DNA from: Eledone cirrhosa
Taxonomy: Eukaryota
Reading direction: 5' to 3'
NCBI GenBank assembly: GCA_964016885.1
Contig: OZ024740.1
Span: forward strand, 235,414,001-235,478,000
DNA: 64,000 bases
Shown: one piece after another, positions 54,947-64,000 of the stretch
How the letters are laid out: every line of letters starts with the position of its first letter
Position numbering within the stretch: the first letter of the stretch is position 1
Notes under the pieces: model-generated
Databases searched by the model: none
What the model saw: only the letters and a program-made list of their open reading frames with translations
What the model was told of the DNA's origin: nothing
Translations under genes and position numbers: made by a program

Positions 54947-55290
54947 ATCATCATCATCATCATACGTCCGCTTTTTCCCTACTTGCAAGGGTGGGACGGG
55001 AACTGATTCTGGCTTGATTTCTACAGCTGGATGCCCTTCCTAAAACCAACCTCATTTACAGTGAGTGCTGGGTGCTTTTTTGACGTGGCACCTCCACGAC
55101 CACTTTGCAGTGGAATGATAGGGACCCCAGACTGGGGTCCCTATGATCTCATTTCTACAGCTGAGTAAACTGGAGCAATATGAAATAAAGTGTCTTGCTC
55201 AAGGAAACAACACATCACCCGGTCTGAGAATTGAACTCACAACCTTTCGATTGCAAGGCCAATGCTCTAACCACTAAGCCATGTGCCTCC
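54947..55290 (-). mobile_element. Full-length SINE family A
   Basis: Family match. Confidence 0.88.
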
Positions 55291-55615
55291 ATATATATAT
55301 ACATATACATATATATATATATATATATATACATATATATACTTATATATATATATATATACATATATATACATATATATATATATGAGGAACGATCGAC
55401 TTTCGTCAAATCGGACCGAGGGAACAGTGTTTCCGTTGGTCTTTCTAATTGCTAATACTATCTATCGGTCGCAACTCCAGGTAGAAGGAGCAACGTGAAA
55501 TAAAGTGTCTTGCTCAAGGACATAACGCATCGCCTGGTCCAGGAATCGAACTCACAACCTTACAATTGCGAATCCAATTCTCTAACCACTCAGCCACACG
55601 CCTTCACTATGTATG

Positions 55616-55686
<71 letters not shown>

Positions 55687-55751
55687 GTATATATATGTAT
55701 ATATATATATATATATGTATATATATGTATATATATATGTATATATATATG

Positions 55752-55802
<51 letters not shown>

Positions 55803-55983
55803 GTATATATATATGTATATATATATATATATGTATGTATATATATGTATATATATATATATATACATATATATACATACATATATGTATATATATATGT
55901 ATATATATATATATATGTATGTATATATATGTATATATATATATATATACATATATATACATACATATATGTATATATATATG

Positions 55984-56014
<31 letters not shown>

Positions 56015-56178
56015 GTATGTATATATATGTATATATATATATATATATACATATATATACATACATATATATATATATATATAATTAAGAGAGTAAAACA
56101 AAGAATCCTTTAATACATCAAAAGTTTTTATTAGCCGACAATGTGTTTGACTCAAACACGCTCCAGTATTCTAATCCT

Positions 56179-56210
<32 letters not shown>

Positions 56211-56258
56211 TATACATATATATATACATATATATACATATATATACATATATATATA

Positions 56259-57707
56259 TCATCATCATCATTATCATCATCGTTTAACGTCCCTGTTTCC
56301 ACGCTTGCATGGGTTTGGACGGGGGTTTTCCCACTTGAGGCAAGAGTGGTTGTCTTGCTCGCATAGGACTGTCTGGCGGCTTTTCTACAGCTGGAAGCCC
56401 TTCCTAACACCAACCACATTTACAGTGTGGGACTGTTTCGGCCTGGATGTTGTGGCACCAACATAACTTTGCATTGAAGGGGGCGGTGTGGATGGGGTGG
56501 GACGGGGGTGTATTTTGTTAGAGATGCCTACTGACTAGTAGGTTTTACTTTGTATTTAGGTGAGGCGGGTCTTCTCTGTTACTGAGTACCGCCAAAGGTC
56601 TCGGTCCAGTGACATTGTCTTGGAGAGGTGTAAGTGTGTGAGGTCGGAATTTATCAGCTCGTCCCAGGTTTTCCTGGGTCTGCCTACTCCGTGGCTACCA
56701 TCTATCTTTATTGCCCTGCACTTTGTTATACAGCTGTCGTCTTTCATGCGCATCACGTGACCATACCAACGTAGCCTTCTCTCGAGTAAACAACATCTGA
56801 TCCCTCTTATTTCTAATTTTTTCCTTAGTTCGTTTATGCTTTGCCGTTCACATATATTACTATTACACATCCAGCGGAGCATGCAAGCTTCGTTCCTCTC
56901 TAGTCTGCGTATATCCTCTGCACACAATGCCCAGGTCTCACTGCCATGCAACATTGCTGTTCGTATGCAGGCATCATACAACCTGCCTTTCATTTTTAGG
57001 GAGAACCCTTTAGCGGCTAATAGTGGTATAAGCTCTCTGAACTTTTTCCATCCAGTTCTGACTCTAGCTACTGTACTTTCAGAGCACCCTCCCCCACTGC
57101 TGATTTTGTCACCCAGGTAACGCAAGCTGTCCACTATTTCTATAGAACCCTCTGCGCAATTGAAAGAGTTAGTGTTTTGTGGGCACTTGCTGCTACTTAT
57201 TGCACCAGAGCACCGGCCACATGTAAAATCTGTGTTCTTAGTTAGCTTACCTGTGATCCCACTACATCTTTTATGTACCCATACTTTGCATTTGGGACAT
57301 AAAATGGAGTTTCTACCTACGCCTTTCCTACACACTGAGCATGGCCATTTCCCGGAGGGGACCGGCGCCTTATTTTCTTTCCTACAAACTAGAACTTTAG
57401 TCTTAGCCAGGTTAATTTTAAGGCCTTTTGATTCTAGGCCGTGCTTCCATGTTTGGAATTTCTTCTCTAGCTCGGCCATTGATTCAGCTATGAGCGTTAG
57501 ATCATCTGCGTATAGGAGTTCCCATGGGCAGCCGGTCTTGAACTCCTCTGTTATAGCCTGAAGGGCAATAATAAATAGTAGGGGGCTAAGAACAGAGCCC
57601 TGATGGACACCAACTTTTACGATAAACTCTTCACTATATTCGTTGTTAATTCTAACCTTGCTGACTGTTTCTTTATACATGGCTTGTATGGCTCTCACAA
57701 GCCATTC
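56259..57707 (-). mobile_element. RTE LINE lineage B copy 2, 5'-truncated
   Basis: ORF 56556-57698 with QGSVLSPLLF/LLYADD; same 3' UTR as copy 1. Confidence 0.93.
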
Positions 57708-57979
57708 GTTCGTACATATATATATATATACATATACATATATATAAACGGAATAGAAAATGCTGACAAATTGTTCACAGTTGAAAAATGGTTTAATTAG
57801 GAATAAAAGAGTATTAGTGATTGTATGGGTTAGTATTCAGTTGTGGTTTTAAGTTTTTAAGTTTTTACCAGTTGCGCATTTCTAAATGCTTTTCAAAAAT
57901 AATTTTGAGATAGAGTGTCCGAACAGCATGGACACAATATATATACATACATATATATATATATACATATATATATATA

Positions 57980-58055
<76 letters not shown>

Positions 58056-58076
58056 CATATATATATACATATATAT

Positions 58077-58113
<37 letters not shown>

Positions 58114-59349
58114 ACGAAGGAAATGTGGTAAGGAACCAGATGAACCATAACGCACCAAAGTACTCAATACTTAGGGTAGTAGAGTGGGTAATAGGAACGA
58201 GTAGGACGCCGACGGCTGAGCTCAAGCTGTTTCGACGGCTAATTCTGGACTAAATGAAAATTGTTATCCTGGTACATGAATAGCCGAGCTTCTCAGGGGG
58301 TAATTCCATATATGGTAAAAGTGATTGTCACAAGGATTGGTCAAAAGTTTGTTGTTGAGACAGATAATTCTATCATGGCAATTTGTGGAAGGAAGGGGTA
58401 GCTGAACCTGCCAGTAGAAGAAAGAGGGAGAGGGAGGGGAGGAAACCCAGCCGTGCGTTGATAGTGTCAACCACAGCAGGATCCTAAGGGCAGGAGGTGA
58501 AGGAAGTATACTAGGGTGGGGGAGGAGGAGGAAGTAGAAACAGTAAGTAAATCAATATGGAGTAAATATATAGAAGAATAATAAGAATGTTAAAAATATA
58601 AAAAACAATTTCTGGTTACTATTCCCTTACCACATCATCAAGTCTCTCACTGGTACTGCTAAACTATAGAGAATTTTGCTAGGTGTGTTGGAATTATAGT
58701 GAGAAAATTTTATGAGTTAGTAGTCATCAACCGAATCTATATTACAGTGACGGGTTAACAAGTAGGAGGCCAAAATACTAAAGAAACTACTACGAAATAA
58801 TAATTCAGAGTCCCGAATCTAATACGAGATAATAATTCAGAATAACGGAAAAGAATACTAATACTACAAGTAAGGGTGCCGCTACGATACAAAAATTCTA
58901 ATACAAACTACATAGATGCTCGTACGATATATCTGAAAAATTTGATACGGACAAATAATTCAGAATCTCCCCCCCCCCCCCGAAAAAAAAAATACTGATA
59001 TGCGAGAATCTAAAGCAGAGAAACCACTAAGAAAAGTAGAAAGCTCGGAAATATGGCAGCCATCGGTTAAGAAAGCAAATATCTGAGGTCTATCACATCT
59101 GCTATAAAAAGCGGAGTCGCCCAATTCTATCATAGAATAGGGGATGGGGGTGGGGGTACTGAGGCTACAAAGGAACTCAGGGTGGGCGGGAAAGTGAAAA
59201 GGACGACGACAAAGAGGGAGAACTGGGGTGGAAGGACTAAGAAGGGAGGGTGGGGGGGGGGGGGGGGGTGGAAGAAGGAAATATAGAGGAAACGATAAAA
59301 AGATATAAGAGAAAATCTTACGTCTACCTTTGCAAGCAGGGGTTACCCA

Positions 59350-61513
59350 TTACAAAGTCGGCAAGTGGGGTGTTACATTATGGGGTTTGAGGGCGAGGTA
59401 AGTCCTACACAATCTGTGTTTGCATGCAGTTACCAGTTCGTCTTTCTTGTTTAGGAGTTGGTCCTTCGAAAACAGCATTTGTAAAGTTTCCTCCGAGCAT
59501 AAATTGCACGGACGGCATCCTCCCGTGTAAGAGTTGGCTCTGGACAGTAAGCTCCAAGTGAGATCATAGGTAATATTATTATCTTTGAGGTCCCAGATGT
59601 GGCCCGAAAGTGTGGTGGCGTGACGCCGGGCCGGGTTTCGAAAAGTATGTCTGTGTTGGTATAGCCGGGTCTTGAAGTCACATGCGGTTAATCCTATATA
59701 AGCTTTGTTGGAGGTGTCCGTCCTCATGTTGCACTGGTAGATCACATTACGATCTCTGCATCTGTTGTCGAGGGGGCAAATGGATCCATCAGGACAGTTG
59801 CACCTCCTGGTCGGCTCTCCACTGCTATTAAGGTTATTTCTTCCATAGGGGTTGAGTTTTTTGTTGTTAGAGGAGACAATGTTTTGTGCAAAGTTAAGTG
59901 TGGTGCTGTAGGAGAGTTTGATGGTATTTTTGTTGATTATGTTGTGGTAGCGGTGTTGTAGTGGGAAGTATTTTTCGATGAGCCTAAAGAAGATTTTCCC
60001 GATAGGTGTTGTCACCTCGGCATTGTGGGGCAGGATTGAACCATGTAACATTGCGTGAGCGGCGGTATCGCCTCCTGGTTCCGCTAATGGAAGCTGGACA
60101 GTAGGATATTTCCTCCCGGAAGCCACTCCGCTTGAGGGCCTGGTTGTAATAAGGCGCATATTCCTCGAATATCTGCTCATTAGCGGACAAACGAGATATG
60201 CGGAGGGAGATGTTTTTAACCAGGTTATTGGTGATATTCCTATGATGGTTTGACCGGTGGTGGATGTAGTGCAGGTTATCGTTTGGTTTCCTGTATGGGT
60301 AGTACAGGTCATTATCGAGGTCAAGGGTGACGTCGAGGAAATTTACTCGGGTCAGGGACGTTTTCAGAGTTATTTTAAATCCCCAGTCGCGGAAGAAGCT
60401 GATTAATTGTTTACGGACCCGGTCTGTACTACTGGGGTTGTACCCTTTAAGGGTAAGGAGCCCATCATCACGGTACAATCCACCGCCGAATGCAGGAAAC
60501 ATATCGGTGAGTTTAACTAGTAGGAATAATCCTATAAGATCTGTGACCTCAGCCGAATCCGTCGCACCCATGCTGACGTCGAAGGGTGAGTCGGGAGTTC
60601 TCTTTATCCATTTGGAGTTGTCGAAAAGTAGGACTGTCTTCCTGGCATGGAGGATGATATTTCTTTCCTTGTCAGTGATGGGCGCAACTGTCTCGGCGAA
60701 GTCTAAGGCGGCCATAAGGAGCGGTAAAGTAATTGAAGCATAGTAACTCTCTATGTCAAACTGGATGAATTTGGTGTCTCGTTTGTCCTCCATATTGCTG
60801 AACCATGAGATTACTTCCTGGGTGTTGACCCATAGGCTAAGTCTGGCGTTTTGCTTAACTTTTGGTATAACGCGGTCTAGGATTTTTTTGCTGATTCTCC
60901 CTATGTCGAACTTCGTTGGGTTTATAAGCCTGATAGAAGGTTTACGGTCGAAATCGGATTTGTGGTCCTTCAGTGTGAAGTAGGGTGTCCGTGGGTCTAG
61001 GGGTTCCGTGCGGTCGGCTACCCTGAGACTGGAGGTAATTTGTTGTCCATCTCGATTTATGTCCTCGATGCATGAGTGGTTAGCCTTTTTATAGGTGGAG
61101 TTTAGGCTGCTCCTGATCAGTGTGTGGTATCTGTCGAGGTTGACGAAGTAGAGGTTACCAGTTTTATCCGAGTGCACCATGATGTCATTGGTGTTATCAT
61201 ACTCTGTTAAGTTGCTACGGAGTTTTTGTAGGAATCTGTTGGGTCTGGGTTTGAATTTAATGTTCTTGACCAGTTGGAAAAGGTCATTCTCGAAGGGTGA
61301 GAGCATAGGGTTCGGAGGGGGAGATTTGTAGGTATTAAATCCGAATCTCTCTTTGGTACCGAAGTCCTGATTGTTGCAATATCTGTCGTAGAAAAAAGTT
61401 CTCCATCTAAGTCTTTTCGCAAAGAGGTCGATTTTTTGCGTGAGCATCCGAAGGTAAAGTTTTTTCGGTGGAACTGGAATGTTCTTGGTGGAGAAGTCGA
61501 TGTGTTTTTGCAT
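59350..61513 (-). pseudogene. PLE RT + CxCx5C + GIY-YIG polyprotein (~720 aa) broken by one frameshift near 60031
   Basis: SDKTGNLY, TLKDHK, RLINP, QFDIESYY, GLYRDDGL, WFNP|HNAEVTTP, CNCPDGSICPL, VIYQC..YIGLT..FKTR. Confidence 0.92.
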
Positions 61514-61689
61514 GGTGCTGTTGTGGTTGGCACTATCAACGCACGGCTGGGTTTCCTCCCCTCCCTCTCCCTCTTTCTTCTACTGGCAGGTTCAGCTACC
61601 CCTTCCTTCCACAAATTGCCATGATAGAATTATCTGTCTCAACAACAAACTTTTGACCAATCCTTGTGACAATCACTTTTACCATATAT

Positions 61690-61793
61690 GGAATTACCCC
61701 CTGAGAAGCTCGGCTATTCATGTACCAGGATAACAATTTTCATCTAGTCCAGAATTAGCCGTCGAAACAGCTTGAGCTCAGCCGTCGGGGTCC
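61690..61793 (+). ncRNA. Candidate non-canonical hammerhead with extended stem II (element-sense twin on the minus strand at ~58204-58307)
   Basis: acccc-CTGAGAA-g..cggctattc...gaattagccg.c-GAAA-cRgct..agccgt-C-ggggt. Confidence 0.6.
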
Positions 61794-61802
61794 TACTCGT
61801 TC

Positions 61803-61888
<86 letters not shown>

Positions 61889-61894
<6 letters not shown>

Positions 61895-62085
61895 AAGGAA
61901 TTGTGGTAAGGAACCAGATGGACCATAACGCACCAGAGTACTCAATACTTAGGGTAGTAGAGTGGGAAATAGGAAAAAGTATGACCCTGACGGCAGAGCT
62001 CAAGCCGTTTTGACAGCTATTTCTGGACCAGAAATAGCCGTCGAAACGGCTTGAGCTCTGCCGTCGGGGTCATACTTTTTCCTAT
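61889..62085 (-). mobile_element. Fold-back mini-copy of a PLE2-related terminus (palindrome 61969-62085, centre 62027)
   Basis: Sequence match to 58113-58250 with subfamily differences. Confidence 0.88.
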
Positions 62086-62450
62086 ATATATATATATATG
62101 TACACGCACATACATATATGTATACAGACATACAGTAGTATGTATATATATATACATACATGCACACATATATATATATGTACGTATGGATTTACCGAAC
62201 ATTTATTATAATGCTCGGTGTGTTTGTAAACAAACATCCCGAATTAAGCCGTACAGTGTCTAGCAACCATCGTTGCTCATTTGTTCAACACTGACAAAGG
62301 AACGCTGTACTAGTTTCAAGCTTATTAGCTATCGTCAGCAACGTATACCTTCCTGCCAGATGGTTAAACGTCTGAAAGTATATACTTTCCTTATGCATAT
62401 TAACGGCTGAGCAATCTAATTTGCATATCGAGTGAGTTAATCGGCCGGGA

Positions 62451-62772
62451 TAGAGCATTGGCCTTGCAATCAAAAGGTTGTGAGTTCAATTCTCAGACCG
62501 GGTGATGTGTTGTTTCCTTGAGCAAGACACTTTATTTCACATTGCTCCAGTTTACTCAGCTGTAGAAATGAGATGATAGGAACTGGGGTCCCTATCATTC
62601 GACTGCAAAGTGGTCGTGTAGGTTCCACGGCAATAAAGCACCCAGCACTCACTGTAAATGAGGTTGGTGTTAGGAAGGGCATCCAGCTGTAGAAATCAAG
62701 CCAGAATCAGTTCCCGTCCTACCCTTGCAAGCAGGGAAAAGCGGACGTAAAATGAAATGATGATGATGATGA

Positions 62773-62776
<4 letters not shown>
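62451..62776 (+). mobile_element. SINE family A
   Basis: Family match, (GAT)n tail. Confidence 0.85.
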
Positions 62777-62808
<32 letters not shown>

Positions 62809-62810
62809 TC

Positions 62811-62855
<45 letters not shown>

Positions 62856-62878
62856 TGTCATTATCTATAAAAGGCAGA

Positions 62879-63064
62879 ATGGTGGATTGGCAGTATCGGT
62901 AGAGGGTCGGACGGCATGCTTTGACGTATAGAGTTACGGCCCTTGCCATTCTGAGTTCAAATCCCGCCGAGGTTAACTTTGCCTTTCATCCTTATGGGGT
63001 CGATAAAATAAAGTACCAGTAATGTACTGGGTAATTGCTGGCCTTGTGCCAAAAAGTAGAAACA
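62879..63064 (+). mobile_element. SINE family B with 19-bp TSD
   Basis: attatctataaaaggcaga at 62860-62878 and 63065-63083. Confidence 0.85.
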
Positions 63065-63660
63065 ATTATCTATAAAAGGCAGATTGTTGTTGTTGTGTGT
63101 GTGTGTGCATGTTCGATGTTTATACATTTGGACAATTTCAAACCGATTCGACTCAGTCTGTACGAATGTTGTAAATGGTCTAACTTAGGTCAAGGACTAT
63201 TTATTTCATTCAAACTCACCCACAATTACGGAAATAATTGATAAAACTAAAAACATGACTCTTTACTCCTCTAATACAATCAGATTACCTCTCTCTACTC
63301 CCCTTCATCAGAGAAAGTTGCAGCATGTATGTAGTTTTATCCAATATAAACATGGAACATGCACACACACACACACAACAACAATCTGCCTTTTATAGAT
63401 AATGATAATGATGATGATTAAACTTACAAACTTTAAGAGAGAGAGAGAGGGAGAGAGAGAACGTTTGTTTTTGAGTATGGAACGGTCAAACATTTATTTA
63501 CTTCAATGACAAAGAGAACTTATTACATTTCATACGAAACAACAATTAATCAAAAGCAACAGATAAATTTATTCAACAACAAAAAAAATAGCGATAAATC
63601 TTTTTTAAAACATCTATCAACGAACGTGGAAGAAAGAAGTATCAGTTCATTTACTATACA

Positions 63661-63825
63661 CTAAACCTGCTAGAAACAGCAGCTAACTCTCCCCCATATC
63701 ACACCCCTCCCTACTGTCTTAAATTTAGAAAACATATCCTCTATGAGGTCACTAAACCTGTTAGAAACAGCAGCTAACTCTCCCCAATATCACACCCCTT
63801 CCTACTGTCTTAAATTTAGAAAACA
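63661..63825. repeat. Two-copy direct repeat (~74 bp, period ~91)
   Basis: ctaaacctgYtagaaacagcagctaactctcccc...aaatttagaaaaca twice. Confidence 0.85.
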
Positions 63826-64000
63826 CACATTAGACAACCATGCAGAACAACTCCATCGCAGCTCTGTTGTTCGGCTAGCATCGTTTATGCACGTGTTGCG
63901 CAAGTACTGTGAAACAATAAATTTCAACACTTCTTTGCACAGAGATAATATCCATAGGCGAAACTACAATTGTCACTGCTGGCGCAGCTCCTGCTTCGGC

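Larger units (their letters stand above)
58113..61806 (-). mobile_element. Penelope-like element 2 (Hydra-type), near full-length, 289-bp inverted pLTR 58191-58479 / 61518-61806
   Basis: Complete RT-GIY-YIG coding region, inverted repeat, 78-bp 3' extension, (TA)n on both flanks. Confidence 0.92.

Noticed and set aside
58225-58250. HDV-like ribozyme suggested by a UUCG hairpin followed by GCUAA
   Set aside because: No P1/P2/P3 nested pseudoknot is found upstream, and the opposite strand fits a hammerhead better.
62349-62371. Possible 23-nt minus-strand micro-exon (tttcag|...gaag|gtatac)
   Set aside because: Weak polypyrimidine tract and donor; such matches are expected by chance and no partner exon is identifiable.

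Overview
AT-rich, repeat-saturated animal genomic DNA. The SINE/LINE/microsatellite make-up resembles an octopus (coleoid cephalopod) genome, which is an inference. No host protein-coding gene can be supported, and the many IYIY-, TPTP- and VVV-type ORFs are translations of simple repeats. The window holds three RTE-clade LINE lineages (one apparently intact ORF running off the left edge), two Penelope-like elements (PLEs; RT + CxCx5C linker + C-terminal GIY-YIG, Hydra-type) each with an inverted pseudo-LTR, an old Neptune-like PLE, R4/Dong, L1/Tx1 and CR1-like relics, two tRNA-derived SINE families, a non-autonomous Helitron, piggyBac- and hAT-like MITEs, three tandem arrays and a 200-N gap. 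The most striking unexplained structure is a recurring class of fold-back (hairpin + one-sided tail) mini-elements inserted in (TA)n tracts. Several are demonstrably PLE pLTR ends, and several carry hammerhead ribozyme folds, including non-canonical cores and one with a possible conformational switch. All family names come from motif recognition by eye; no database search or folding program was run, and element edges are approximate.
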